A stretch of 64,000 nt of DNA, taken from NCBI GenBank assembly GCA_900617105.1, contig UYFQ01000218.1, forward strand, positions 1 through 64,000. Reading direction: 5' to 3'. The position numbers were made by a program, and so were the translations under genes. Below, piece after piece: positions 35,401 to 49,936 of this stretch (position 1 is its first letter; each line of letters opens with the position of its first letter). The notes under the pieces are model-generated. The model saw only the letters and a program-made list of their open reading frames with translations. It was not told the origin of the DNA and ran no database searches. Origin of the DNA: Hydrurus foetidus. Lineage: Eukaryota.

Positions 35401-38400
35401 AGCTCCATCGGAGACTAGTACACCAACCAAGACATCATTTCCTAGTTCAGCTCCATCGGAGACAAGTATACCATCCGTCACGTCCTCACCCAGTTTTAAT
35501 CCTACCTCTGCGCCCACTATAGCCATCACGAACAAACCGAGTGCCACTAGCCAACCGACAACAACACCTACTGGCCAGTATCCGGATGCAGTGACGTATG
35601 AGGTGATGACCTTCAGTGCAGTGACTACTTTATCTGGACTGAGCGCTACAGCTTTTGACAGTGCCTTTGCTAGAACAGAATTCTGCGGAGCGGTTGCAAC
35701 GATGATGTCTGGAGTACGAGCAAAAGACGTACGTTACATGAGTTCTTCTATTTCTTCAAGCAGTAGAGCTCTCATAACAGATATGTCACCTGATTTTGCT
35801 ATCAATGCTGTCACCACACTTCCAACGTCTGCGCCAAGTAAGATTCCAAGTGCCACTCCAACTTCTATGCCGACTTTTGTGGCCGTCACAACATCTGTGA
35901 TGTGGAATGTGTCAGTGGATATAACTAGTGTTGGTGCTGTAAACGCATCCGGGGCATACACATTGCTCACCAGCCGCCTGTCAACTGTAACGACTGATGG
36001 GACATTTGTGACGACCTTGCAGACTACGTCACTATCTTCCGTCACGTCCTCTGCTGTTGCCGTCAATGCGTTCAGCTCGGTGACATATTCCTCTCCAACT
36101 AGGGCACCGACATCAGCACCAACAATGGCATCAACCCTCCCTTTTATCACTAATATGACCATTAGCAACACGAACAGAACAACCGTCACCTTGGCAGTAA
36201 CTCTCTCCAGGGCAGCTATGTCGGCAGGTGGTGGTAGGAGCATCAGTTCTGTGCTTTACTGCACAGCGTTTGTGAGAGGAACTATACCATCGTCAACAGG
36301 CAGTCTAAAGAGCGCAGAGTCAGACGGATCATTATCAAAAGGCTCATCTACAGACATCTCTGCTACAGCACAATATCCTCTCTTTCTCTCTGTGCCTGTC
36401 ACAGGCCTGCACTCTCTTCAAGAATATTCCTTTTATTGCTATGTTGAAACGGCTGAAGGGTCAGGGACCTCTATGGCGGCTGTCTTAGCCACGAGAAAAG
36501 ACACCAAAACCACTTGTTGCAAGTCTGTTCAATTTACAGAAAATCCAACTTTTGTCTACGGAGATATTTCCAAGTACGCCACTTCGAGTTCAAGTCTGTA
36601 CTTGTTTTCGTACGTGCTGTCCGATGCACCGACATCTACGGTAATGGTTGACGTGACCTTGCTTTTGAATGGGGTGGAAACAAGCACTGTCACTGCAATT
36701 CCGTCCACCGTCATATTCAGTGCTGATACGGAACAAGTAGGGAGTTTCTATTTATCATCAGATGCAACTATCAGTGACTCTTTCACTCTACTTCTGACTG
36801 TGTCAGGCACCAATGCAGACGAGTACACAGGTACGAGCTCTACAGTGCAACTGCTATCAGCCACCTCCAAGATACCCGCACCAATCCTATCAGAATGTCG
36901 CTTCACCGACAATGGTCAATCAGTGCGATTGGATTTCGAAACAGCCACCGATTCTGCAGGTATAGCGGCTGCCACTTGGCCGTGCAGTACTCTCTTCTCA
37001 TTTACGAGTGCGTCCAGCACGACTTGCACTTGGATCAGTGCATCGAGTGTTGTAGCAACATTTGGAGTTATTTCCACAACTAACAATATAGTGTATCTCG
37101 CTATCGGTGACCAAGTGACTTTACTTCCAGGGCTACTCAGAGCGTTTTGTGAACAGGCTGATGCAACCTGTTCGTCCAATTTAGCAGCCGGGTCAGCTAC
37201 TGTGCGGACCCTAGCCCCTTCAAATCCAGCCTCGCCCACTGTAGTGGTGAGCGCTCCATCCATCATCAGCACATGTTCGAATCTCACTCTAGACGCTACG
37301 GGCTCGTATGGTAATGGAGGGAGACGTTACAGTGCAGTGGCGTGGACTGTATCGGCTGTCCCCTTTATAGTAACCGATCCAGCTGTAGATACAACAGCGA
37401 TTCAGCGCTCATTAAATGCATACAGTTCGAGAAATCAGGTGTATAAACCCGCCATTATCAAGGGATCCAGTCTGACAGGTGCCACGTACACCTTCGTGCT
37501 AAGTCTCACCAATTTCCTGGGTCTCACATCTTCTCAAACATTCCAAGTGGTGGCGACAAGATCTCAAAATGTGCCAACTCTGAGCATCATCGGACCGTCG
37601 GATCAGACCATCACTGCTTCGTCACCACTCACGATTCTATCTGTTGCGGCACTGTCAACTTGTGCGACTCAGTCTAACTCTGTTGTCTACACATGGGCAG
37701 TGTATATGGGTAAGAGCTTCGTGTCGATACCCAACACAAGTCTTGACCCGTCAAGATTCTCCCTACCCGCATACACTCTCACGGTGGACAAGGAGTACGT
37801 CATCACCGTGACAGCTTCAGTGGGAGCAGCGTCCTCTTCCGCCTCCGTGACTGTGTATGTGGCGCATGGGGCATTAACGGCCGGTGTTGTCGGAGGCAAC
37901 ACACGGTCCATTCCCGTTGACAAGGCACTAGTGCTCAACGCCACCATTTCCCGAGATGCTGATACCTCTCCCTCTCTGACATCCACTCTATTATACAAGG
38001 TAATGCATTCCTAGTGTGTTGTATTGCCTGATGTCTTGAATACCGATGGCTGCCATCATCACGCTGTCTTTTGTCATATTTAATCGGTGTTGCTAACTTC
38101 GCCAATATTCTCCTCCATTACCTGAATAACAGTGGACGTGCACTGTCGCCTCATTTGCTCTCTTCGGCTCTGAGTGCGGTCTGTTCAGTGGGGTTGACAC
38201 CTCATCAAGCATACTCACGATAGCTGCTAACGTATTACCTGTCGATATCACTTATTCCTTCATGGTAACCGTGAGTACCAGAGATGGAAGATCGAGCAGT
38301 CAAAGTGTCCTCGTCACAGGGGTGTTTTCTGGGAGTGCCCAACTGTCCATCACAAGCACCTTTGTGCGCTTTAATCCTGGCGCGAAATTGGTACTGAATA

Positions 38401-41400
38401 GTTATTTATCTGCTACGTATGAGGTCACATCATCGTGGAGCGTTTCGACATCCCTGGGTGTGCCTGTGCCGTTCACCGCACTCACTGATAAGTCCAAGTC
38501 ATTCAGCAGTCAAGATGCATTGAATCAAATAGCCTTTCCTCTCAGTATCGATGCGGGTATGTTCACAGGAGGGGTCGCCTATTCTTTTAGACTCACTGTG
38601 AGTCCCACTGCAAACTCCAAGATAGTCACGTACACAGAAGTCGTACTTACGGCCAATTCTCCCCCTACTGGTGGATACATCTATTCGACACCTGCTTCAG
38701 GCACCGCTTTAGTCACAAGCTTTCAGATCGCATCACCAGGATGGACAGCAGATGTCTCCGTCTTCCCTTTGAGTTTTAGCTTCGCCTACAGGCGCTCATT
38801 ATCTACTCTGTACCTCACACTAGCAGCTCCGAGTCTGCGCGCCTTTACGACGTCCACTCTCCCTACTGGCTCTACTTCAGACGGCTTGATAATCGTGCAA
38901 GGAAGTGCGGCTGACATATTCTTGTCATCTTCATCAGCCACTGGCACGGTCGCTGTTTCTACCAGTGCCTCAACGAATATAACAAGTGTATTAACCACAG
39001 GCCTATCAGCAGCATTCGCATCAGGGAACTTGAACCTCGCATTCCAGACCGTCAACAATGTCAGTATTCAATATTATGCTGCATTCTTACTCTCACTCTC
39101 ATTTAATAGGATCGGTGTGGAGCAGTCTTTAGTAATATCCTCTCTATCTCCCTCACCTTCATTTCCATACCTTCTTATCTCCCTCACCTTCATTTCCATA
39201 CCTTCTATGATCCTCATTTCCATACCTTCTTATCTCCCTCACCTTCATTCCTTGTATCATCCTCATTTCCATACCTATTTACCACCTTCACATGTATTCC
39301 TGATGAATCTCTTCGCACTGAAATCACGTGACCTCTTACCTCTGCTAGGTCGCATCCACTGTGAACATCGTCAACTGCACGTCTGCTCCGCCATGCGCTG
39401 CGCTCAATCGTGATCTATGTCACGACACTCCCGGCACTTGCAGTAGCTGTCTCACTGGATATTCAGGTAATTAGATGATGTATCCATTTCTGCACAACAG
39501 CGCAGCAATGCAGCTGGCCTCTCTTTCTACTCCATTGAAGTGCCAAACACAGCACATCATCCCTCGTTACCACCAGAATTAATCGTATTTTTGGTTTATG
39601 ATGTTAAATCGTCTGCAGAAATCCCAAGTAACCCAAATCCGTCCCCTGACCCTCTTCAACATTTTCTCGTATCTTGATAACACCTTAAGGCATCTCCGGA
39701 GATTCCAATGTAAAGTGCGTGAAAACCACTTCGAATTCTGACGGTGGTATTTTGTCCATGTGTAAGGCTAATTCCGACTGTTTATACGGTTTGTGCGAGA
39801 GTAATGTATGTACAGCACCATTGCTACTCTGTCCAACTTCAACTCCAGGTATGTAGCATTTTTAGATCTAGATGACGTCACTATTATACTGTCTTGAATA
39901 CTATCTCAAAGTAACATGGCGGGGCGGTGATATCAAGTGTCATAAGATTACATCATAAACGTCATTGCAACAATGTAATAACTCCTCCATAGGTTCCGTT
40001 TGTTCGGAGAGAGGGAAATGTCAATATGTGGACCCCTCTGGAAATAGTCTTTTGTCCTGCTCTATATTCGACTACACCTGTGACGCCATCTGTGTGTGCA
40101 ACACTGGATTTGGAGGAAAGGACTGTTCCTTGAACGCGGCATCTTTGTCCTCAAGGGATGGAGTCAGGTGTGTAAGTGAGAGTGTAAGAGAGTGGATGCG
40201 TGAAATAAAGTTTGAATGTATGAGTGAGAGAGCGAATTTGTGTATGAGAGTGTGTGTACGTGTGTACGTGTAGAGTTTGTATCTGTGAGTGAGAGTGTGT
40301 GCGTGTGTGAGAGCGTGGATGTGCTAGTGAGAGGACAAATATTTGTAGGACAGTGCGGATGTATGTATATGAGTGAGAGAGAGAGAGTATGTCTGTATGC
40401 GAGAGTGTTCGTGTGTGTGTGAGAATTCACCCTCTTATATCTTGTTTGTTATTTCCTGTGCGTGAGTGTGTCGCGGTATATGTTTGCAACATGCCGTGCA
40501 TCAATAAAACAGTGCGTGTGTCTGTCTGTGTGCTGTCTTTATTCAGATTGCGTATAGTGCTGCATCAAGGCACGTCATGTCCAGTTTGAGAGCACGTAAA
40601 ATTGACATCTTTCTCACCCTACTCTCTCCACGACTATAACTCCATCAACAGCTTCGATATCACTCCATTCATATCTTATCAAACATACGATATTATCTAT
40701 TCTGCAGAGGGGCAATGTGTGAAGCTCTCGTGAAGGCAGCGGCAGTGCAGGACAAGTCATACGAGCTACTCGACACCCTCACGTCCTCTCTACTCACCGC
40801 CTTCTCCCTCTCCGAGATCACATCTGCCACTGCTAAGCTGGAATGTACCAATGCCCTACTGAAGGTCATCACACTCTCTAGACAGGGTTATCTACACGGC
40901 TCCAAGGATACTGCGCAGTCCCTTGCAGAACTCGTCTCTGCCTTCACTAGCACCGGTTCAGGGACTGTAGCACGCGTAGGAACTGTGGACCACTCTACTA
41001 TGTATCCGGTTGTCAAAGCGGTGAGCGGCATGTGCTTTACTATCCTTTGAATGCACCGTATCCCCTTTCTTCCCTTCCCTTCTCTGCCCTTCCAGTAGTC
41101 ATGATAGTTGCCTTAGATGGGTCCCCTTTCTCCGATCTCTTTTCTTCGGGTACTCACTATCTTTACCACAAGATGTCCCATCAACCATCGTGAATTAGTC
41201 AATGCAGTGCATTCACCTGTACCATACGTTAGGGCAACTCTTACTGCCCAACATCTTGTATCTTACCTGCTTTCATCTCACAGGTGAGTGGGCTCATTCA
41301 AGGTGTGCAGCTAGGCATGGCGTCAGGGGAAGAGCCTGTCTCTCTCGTGACACTTAATGTGCAGATGGCTGTTGCTAGCTCCCTCGTCACCAAGACAGGC

Positions 41401-44400
41401 AACGCCTCTCTGTCCACACCGGTCACTAGTAGAAGCTCTGCATACACATCTATTCAACCAAAGCTTACCTTAGGCCCACACGGTCTATCCGCTTGCAAGT
41501 TCGTAGGAGGGTACGCCCAATTATCCATGTTGCAGTGGACGAATAACCCATATGCCAACTCTAAGTTGGTGCAAAGTCCGCTCTTAAGAGTCACTTCCGT
41601 CTCCCAAGGATACTCTTCTGCAGAATCGAAAGCGGCAGTTCTAGGGACTGAGAAGACAGCTGTTATTCCTTTATCGGGCGCACCGGTTTATACTGTAACC
41701 CTCCAGTACTCCACCGAACAGAATTTCAGCTTCACTGCGGAAAACGTTTATTCTACCACTACGAAGTCATCAAATAACTTCACCCTCCCTGCTTGCAGAC
41801 AGTACAACGGTGTGGCATACGTGGCGTGCAAGGGATGCAACATATCTTCCTACACTAATTACAACGTCACTTATGGTTGCTACGATATCACCCAGTTGTG
41901 TCCTTTAAAGAAGACCAGACGGCTCATACAGACAGAGAGCAATCAGGGTGGGTATTCCCTGATCAACGAAGAAGACGATGTCGAAGAGGAAGAAGATGGG
42001 GAGGTGTTGCAGTGGGAAGACGGAACTACTCTTGAGAAGAACTTGGCAGAATTTCGCTTGAAGTCCCTCGGAGTTGACGATGATGCCTCGTCTGCTGAAC
42101 GAGCTGCGAGCCCTTCAACTTACGGAATGCTCGTAGAATCCGTGCTTGCGGAGCTCACTTCGGTATTGTCCAGCAACCCGTTTGCAATGGACTTGTCGAA
42201 AGGCTTGCCCGTGTTAGTATTCATCGGTAGCTTGGGCGGATTCATCTTTCTGATGCTTACGTACTTGATACGACTCGACTCCAATGAAAAGCTGCACAAG
42301 TGTTACGTGATGAAGGAGAGCGAGGCAGCTGCTCGCAAGTTGCTAGAGGAGGAGTTGAAGAATGGAGGCAAAGGAGATGTTGGTGAGGCCTACGACCGTT
42401 ACACCAATAAATTTGAAGAGGACAGGATAGCAAAGGGCAGTGTGATGAACAGTATACGTAGAACGAAGGCGCAGGCTATGGGTAGACAAAGAGACGTCAC
42501 ATTTTTCTTCGAGAAGGATCAGGGCAAGGGAACAAACAGCCCTTCTGATGCTGCTTACACTCCCACCGAATGTTCTTACTCTCCCAAGAGAATGGAGGGG
42601 GCAGAGAACTATTGGGAGGGGGATTTGTATGAAGATGGGGAGATCATTGAGACGGACAGCCAATACGCGATCACTGCTGTCGTCACTGAGTTTCTCCACA
42701 AGTTGTTCCCAGGGCGTAGTATCTTCTCAGGCCACAGTGATCTCTCCCAAATCGTAGCTACATTTCACGGCTACTTCTGCATGTTTGCAGGAGCCGATTT
42801 AACCAGATCACGGACTATACGGTTCATCGACATTATTTCCTTGGTACTTGCGAGCATATTTGCCGACACAGTTTTCTTCGGAATTTATTTTCCTTCTGAT
42901 TCTTCGTGTGCGGCTCTGACAGAGAAGGTGAGCCATACAAGAGCAACAATACAGCCCCGCGATCCAGCCTTTACAATTAACCCCATACATTACGCCTAGT
43001 ATAATCCTGATGTAGCCCCAGAGTATTGAAGGCTCGGTATGAGGGCTGGGTTGTGAGGCTGGACAACCTTTCCGCAAACCATATTACATTGCAATCTATT
43101 TTACATGTGAATCATCAGAAAGTTGTCATGCTGTATTTGCATGCTATTATTTGCGTCACAAATACAGAAACTCTGGATAAAAAGAGTCATCTTCATCGTA
43201 TTATCTCTCTGACTTATGCAATAATCTTATTCACTCTATTCTACAGAGCAATTGCCTCGCGCTCCCATCTAAGTTGCAGTCAGGAACAACTCAGTGCATT
43301 TGGGACAAAGTCGAATCAAGCTGTTCAGTAAGACCACCTCCAGCCGACCCAGCATTCACTATTCTGATATCCCTCATCACTATGATAATGACCGTTCCTA
43401 TCGTGATGATTCTGCACTATATCTTGGAAGAGTATGCGGGGAGATGGCCTGGGAGTCGTGGGTTCGAAGACGATGTTGAGGAGAATAAATCAACAGACAA
43501 GGTGAAGAAAAAAGGAGATGAAAATGTGGCTATTACACTCAGAAATGCGTCAAGGCAGTCTGACTATGGCGAGGTGATTAAGAGGGGAGTCATGAAGGGA
43601 GGCATGGCTGGCAAGGACCCAGCTACTGAGTTCGCACAAATGGCGTATGCAGGTACAGCTGAAGTCAGAGAAGATGAAGCATATGCCTTCAACGATGATT
43701 AATGAATAAATGCGATGAGTGAGTAGATAGGATTCAATGTGTGAATGAATATGATGAATGTGTGAATGAATCGGACTGCCAATCTCTCCATCTTTTCACC
43801 CCCCATTCTCATCATTTCTTTTAGATTTCTCGACTCCAGTTGAGGAGGCGATGATGGTCATTGACAGAGTGCACTCCTACCTATTCGTGAGTGATGAAGG
43901 CGATATGATTCTCCCCTGGGAGATGCTCAAACCCAGTGATAATCGGTGCCAAGTGAGAGAGATCAAGATAAAGGCAATTGAGGACCAACTTGGAGTGTTT
44001 CCTGACGGTAGCACTGTGCCCCTAACACTCCGACAGAAAATATTTTTCAAATCTCAGCTTTCAAGACTCATTTTTAAGATCGGTAAAGTCAGAAAACAGA
44101 CACAGAAGATAGTGAAAGACATCACTTCCTTCAAGCCGTGGGAAGCTGATATAAAAGACACGAAGTTGATAAGATACTTCGTGTTGGATTGCTTAAGTCC
44201 TTTGAAAAGACATGCCCTGGAAGTTAACAACAATACGTACGATATTAGCCGGGCAGAAAAAGCGTCTTGGCCGGTATACGTCATGTCCTGGATATTCATA
44301 TCTGGATCCTTGTGTTTTTTCATGTACTGGATATTCGCATGGGCGGTGTATAATGGGGGGGAGACTCTGGGGGCGTGGGGGGCAGTGTACGGCGCCAGTG

Positions 44401-46297
44401 CAGCCAACGACATCCTCCTAGTGCAGATCACGAAGATATACATCATGTACTACCTCCCCGCACAAGCTATGCAGTCCCAGCTGTTAAGAATCAGAAGCGT
44501 GCTTGCTGACATCAGCATGAACTACATCAATCGCCACGACCCTGCATACGGGGAGGTTAAAGAGAATGACGAAGGAACTGTGTGTGTGGCGCAGCACATG
44601 TCCGCTGTGTGCAGAGCATCTCGTACCCCTGAACTTAGAATGCTCCCCGCTTCATGGCTACTCAGACAGGTGACTCGTCTCCCCTTCATTGTCACCATTC
44701 TCACTGCTCTTTCTTCACCCTCTCTGCGGTACTTCAGCAAACGATATTATAGATACACTGCGTATCATCTGAACGCCTATCTTCATCTCATCTGATAACT
44801 ACACAATGCATCGACTTATGTTTCACTCTTCTCCTCCAGATCGATGACGCTGATGTGCATAAGTGCAGAGAAGGAAGAAACGACTACCTCGGCGCTATCT
44901 CATTCTTTTTCATCGCAGTACCAACCACTTGTATCCTTCTCAACGAGAGCATTGGTGATGCCGTCATCGACTCCATCATCCCCTCCATCTACAGCTCAGT
45001 TGCTCTGGCAGGCGTGTCGCTGTACGCTGTGTCTCTTGCTGCTCTGCTGCTGCCCCTGTGCATCGTTGCAGGATTCGCCCTGTACTTCATATTCGTGTAT
45101 CGCCCATCAAGAGCTGCATACTACCTCAAAAAGGCGGAACTGAGGAAAGTCACAATAGACGGCACTGCCTTCACCAACATCGCCCAGACACACACTCAGA
45201 AATCTAAATCTGTGAGTCAGTCGACAGAGTCGGAGAATGCAGATTATTGTCGGAAAGTAGCGGTGATGATGAAGACATCCATTCAACATCTTGTAGTGTT
45301 CTGTTCCAGCGACAGCATGTCGTCACGCAGACAGGAGATATGGACGCAGAAGAAAAGATGGACACACATGAACAAACCACCCGCTTTCCAGGGCACAATA
45401 ATTCGCGATACAAAAGAAGAAGTACCAGTCAGGAGAGGAACTGCCACAGTCTTTCTACCACCTCGTGAGATTTCTAATATGATGATTTCCGCTACGAAAT
45501 GGAAGAAGATATACGCAGACCAACAATCCAATTTGAAGAACAGAACATTCGCGGACATGCTCACAGACACAGACCAACTGGTCGTTGTAAGAGCGGACAA
45601 AATGATAAAGACCACTAAATCCCTCAAGCCTGCTGCGATATTCGATGTGTTCGATGTCGCGGCTGCGGTGCGTACTTTGATCGTGACCAGACAGAAGCCC
45701 AGTGACCGCATCGAGAGTCCCCAACTGTTCGAAGTGCCAGTATTAGAACTGGTCGCAGCCTTCTTGGACGTTCTCGCTAACTTCTATCCGGACGGCATGG
45801 CGATGACGAAAGAGGAGAGAGACGAAGTGTGCGAGCTCTTCCATCAGTGGAAGAAAACGCAGAACGTGCGTGTGAAAATCGTGTTCGAAGAGGACTCGTT
45901 CAAGCAGTGCGCCATGATCAATTTCTCTAAGTTCGAAATGTGGCTAGCAACAGACGTGAACAACGCGGTGCACAACATCATGGCCGCTCGTCTAGTGGAC
46001 AACACACTTCGCTCCGTGCCGTTGATAAAGAGGAGAGTAGTCAAGGACAATGTCATGCCCTTCGGACAGTCCTTTCCGACTAGGAGCGTTCCAATTATTC
46101 CGGATAAGAATTCCCTGCAGATGAAAGCTTTGAATATCGTCACACCTGATCTACTAATGAGCCCTAGGAAACATCGAAAAGTCCATGCGATTAACGGCAG
46201 TGGGGAGCATCGAAAGCAAGCATGGATCAGTGCTATGGTGAAGAACAGCGGCAAAGAGGCCGAAAAGAAAACCAGAAGAGTGACAGTGCTATTATAA
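32449..46297 (+). CDS. Large multi-exon cell-surface protein: signal peptide, P/S/T mucin repeats, REJ/PKD-like beta-rich region, EGF-like domains, GPS-like Cys motif, several TM segments
   Basis: Hydrophobic N-terminus; collinear plus-strand ORFs bounded by GT-AG sites (for example 34355-37999 and 41284-42927); CSERGKC...CVCNTGFGGKDC EGF; PPTGG...SF...PGW..D..PLSF REJ-like motif; hydrophobic helices in the 42.2-45.1 kb exons. Confidence 0.8.
32535..33015 (+). repeat. PSSQPTSQ coding repeats with a 129-bp higher-order period
   Basis: SRPSG recurs about every 129 bp; a 1-bp insertion near 32949 shifts the frame. Confidence 0.9.
34669..35470 (+). repeat. 48-bp coding minisatellite, about 17 copies (SPSSAPSETSAPTKTL)
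   Basis: Direct tandem units cctagttcagctccatcggagac... Confidence 0.97.
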
Positions 46298-47034
46298 ATA
46301 TGGAGAAAAAATGAAAATGAAAATAGCCTGGGGTGTTGAAGAAGCAAATGAGGAAAGACCATTCTGTCTTCTGTTGACGAGAAACATCGTTTTTATTACA
46401 TCTGATTCCTAGAAAAGATAGAAATATTTGGAGTTCAAAAAAGTCATTTCAGTCCTTATGAAAAATACGGAATTGAATATACGGTTTTATGTCTTGGATA
46501 CACTAGAGAAATCTTTTAATGTCATATACTCGTCATGTTATTTATGTTCTATTTTACTTTACCGTATTGCAGGAGGGAAAACCGTTTATAGTCGCGTAGT
46601 TTCACGGATTTTTTTTTGCAATACATCCAATCAATTGATTTTCATTACGCGTAGCTAGCAGTACAAATTCACTACGATTTGTCCATTTGATTATGATCAT
46701 CATAATCGCAACTACTTATGCAGGCTACTTTACAGACAAGTAATGTCGCCGTGCCAACTATCCCCTCACAACACCATCATCAGCATGAATTTTGATATGT
46801 ATTTGATTGGATCCATTTTTTTTGTAATTAAAACTGCTATTTATTTCTTACTCAAATGTGACATTCGTATTCCAATTGCTAGTGGGCTGTATTCTACGTC
46901 AGAAATAAAACTTTTTCCAAACTTCCTATTTTTTTTAGGATAGATATACAATTATACGATCTTGACTAACTGTAAGAAGATAGTGGTGCGATGTACAGAG
47001 CTGTTCTGCAGCTCAAGGGACGCATCTTATCGCT

Positions 47035-47197
47035 TATTGTGCCGGTCAAAACTAAACGGTGCTGCAAAAATTTATTTTCCGCATATTCGTGTTTTTGACC
47101 GCAGAATCAAAGTAACCGTTATTTTGACCTCTGCCAAAAACACGAAAAAACCTCCTCGCAAAATAAATTCTCCCGTTTAGTTTTGACCGGTACAATA
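47035..47197. mobile_element. Small MITE-like inverted-repeat element
   Basis: ccggtcaaaactaaacgg (47042-47059) and ccgtttagttttgaccgg (47173-47190), extending imperfectly both outward and inward. Confidence 0.6.
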
Positions 47198-48167
47198 TCC
47201 ACTTTTCAAAATATTGGAGCCACCCCTGTAAAAGACAATTCACTCACTCTTTTTACAGTTAGTGCGAGTGCGTTGTCGTTTATAGGGGTGGATCCAGCAG
47301 TAAAGTCAATCAGCAATACTACACGAGCCTTCAGCTCCTCATTGCAGTCCAACACCCTTACGATTTTCTTCAGGAACTTTTCACAGCTAGATATTGATCG
47401 CCATTGCAACCATTTTTTCTCTACAAGTTTGGCTGATAATTGTTTTGTATTTTTATTTATATCATCCAATGTTTCATTTCGGCAATCTTAAGAGCGCTAA
47501 TCATCATTGAGTTTTGTCGTTCATTTCACATGGACTTGACACATGGCACACGGAGATATAAATGGAGACACTCGGAAGCAAGTGTGGGTGCAGAGGCGTA
47601 ACGTGCTCTCTGCATCGCCCTTTTCCTGTGCTGCGGCAATGGGCTTCAAAACGTTTTCTTAGTCGTCACAAACAGTCTACTTGACGGACGTCAATTGACC
47701 GAAAATCGGAGCTTGAAATGCGTCTGTGACTGGAGTTGTTGCCAAGTCCCGCGATGATGAAGTGGCCGTCCGAGTATCCATGACTCACCATTCAACCACT
47801 CAAATAAATGCGCTCCTCGGATCATTTACGCACCAAAAAAAGGGAAAAAAATGTAGGCGAGAAATTGTTATTATGACGATATTGTATGAACGAGGAGACT
47901 GTCAGTCGATCCTAATCAAAAATATAAATCAAAGCTTCCGCGAAAGAAAGGCGCTATGGTAAGAATTACGTTCTCGCGAAGATATGGGAACTATGTATGT
48001 GTATAAAATAATAACCAACACAAATGCGTACAGTGCAAACAAAAAAAGGAGACAACGCTCTGTGTTCACTGCAAGTGACTCGATGTAACTTCATCCGCGG
48101 TTTCCAAATTACAGGTTGGACTCCCTCTGATGCACAGGTGTTTCGACGCCTGAAGGAGACGGATATT

Positions 48168-48695
48168 TTAATGCTGCGTTTTTGCTCGTTTAATGCCACG
48201 TGATAGTTCGTCAACAACGACCGCCTGCTCAGCTGATGACGCAGCCGCACTTCTGCGGAGACAACATATTTTTCCAACAATACGTTTCTCATACTGGACT
48301 CCAGATTTGAAGTAGTCAAGTCTGGATGGAGCAACCATAAATACAAATTCTTCCTCGATGGCACAACATGCATCTAGAAGCTCGTCATACGTTGGGGCTT
48401 TTCTTTGGTACGCCGTTCTAATTTTTTTCGTGATGAACTGGCGTTCCTCAGACGTCATCTGGGTGGACCAGTCCGAGGGACACCTGATACAGTAGTCAAT
48501 ATTAGAGCTAAATGACATGTGATTTGGCCGCTGTAAATATTTCACCCACCTCGCGTCCTCCGAATTAATAGGCTGGACGCTGACGGATTCAGTCAACTCA
48601 CAAGGAGTAATGCTATCGATAGTGTCAGATTGGCCTCTACAACAGGGAGTTTCGTCCGCGACGGACGCGGCTTGAGCTAGTGCTATCAGACTCAT
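48168..48695 (-). CDS. Small KIX-like domain protein (Med15/CBP KIX_2-type)
   Basis: DWSTQMTSEERQFITKKI...IEEEFVFMVAPSRLDY fits the DW....R...KI...E...F..A.S..DY KIX pattern; basic C-terminal tail. Confidence 0.65.
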   Translation of the reverse strand: MSLIALAQAASVADETPCCRGQSDTIDSITPCELTESVSVQPINSEDARWVKYLQRPNHMSFSSNIDYCIRCPSDWSTQMTSEERQFITKKIRTAYQRKAPTYDELLDACCAIEEEFVFMVAPSRLDYFKSGVQYEKRIVGKICCLRRSAAASSAEQAVVVDELSRGIKRAKTQH

Positions 48696-48938
48696 GACGC
48701 CTCTAGTGAATATGATGCAACGATATCTTTATAATTCACGCAAACGGACGCAGTTGTTGCGGCTTCGGGCTGGAAAGTATGAACCCATCCACCTCATCTC
48801 ACGCATCACAACTCACATGAACGTTTCGTGGAAAAAGTTTGGAGGAGTCAAAAAAATGCCCGGAAATTTCTTTATAAAAAGTTGGATACAATCCCTTTGG
48901 GGAATCCGTGATCGGTGGGACGTGTGGTCTGTATGTAC

Positions 48939-49936
48939 TAGAGTGGGGGACCTATTTAAGCGCCCTACTCCAAGATTAATTCTGTTACACGGAGTATTTA
49001 TGGTACGGTACTTCAAACCATGTTTCTGAACTGGCCGTGATCTGAAGAAAATTAAGAAGATTTTTTTAGATTTTTCTGATGATTGGAAAGGTGACTATTT
49101 TGGGGGGTCTAAATGAGGGCCCTCCACCATGCGCTTAAATAGGATCCTCACACGGATTTTGGTCTATTTCCGTAAAAATTCTTTCCGGAAATGCATAATT
49201 AACCGTCAACGGAATTTTACCGCATCTCCGGCTATATATTTTACCGAATTTACGGTAAAATACGGCGCTGTAGTCGGGGCCATAACATAACGACTTAGAG
49301 TGCAAAGCAGCTTCTGTCAGCATCTTTAAAAGAACGCGTCAAATAACGCACCATCACAAGCCTTAGAAGCGGACTGTAGAAAAATCTACAAAAGAAAGCA
49401 CAATAGCTTAAATCGCACTGAATTAGGAGATTACTTGCTTTCAAAATTAAAAGATACTGAGCATATCGGTGCAGTTCTTGAGACACCAATAGAGACCGAC
49501 CCGACAGCAGATAATGAATCATGGGAAACAATAAATGAATTTTTGCATGGGAAATACGGCAGCGGAGACGCTATTGCTGAGAGCGAGCCGTCTCAGGCAG
49601 ATAAACTTCGCTTAAACAACTTTTACAGCAATGGATCTGCAGATGATCAATTTCTGGTCAGCTCGTCTTGGTACATGCACCCACAATTCAGAATTGTTTC
49701 TTAACTCTTCACTGTAAAATCGGTTCACTGAAACGAATGTTGACTGTAAAGTAACAAAAGAATGTAGTAACACTTGCTCCAAGCGATGATAAATATTCAT
49801 ATAAAGCACACTACAACGTAACGAGTCCTACATCCACTGTAAGTACCAATAATACGGATTTAAGCCAATTTCGGTAAATAGTGAAAAAAAGTTGGCCCTT
49901 AATTAGGGTTTAAGAATCAATAGGTCCCCCACTCTA
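48939..49936. mobile_element. Non-autonomous hAT-like element A
   Basis: Perfect 18-bp TIR tagagtgggggacctatt; 8-bp gtatgtac on the left with its mate at 51139-51146; possible transposase remnant at 49435-49704. Confidence 0.8.

Noticed and set aside
34669..35470. 48-bp array as a CRISPR array or as overlapping genes (ORFs 34639..35547 minus and 34698..35522 plus)
   Set aside because: There are no unique spacers. It is an in-frame coding minisatellite, and the other frames are open only because the unit lacks stops.
40164..40589. Short Cys/Val- or His/Thr-rich ORFs
   Set aside because: They are translations of a GT/GA-rich microsatellite inside an intron.
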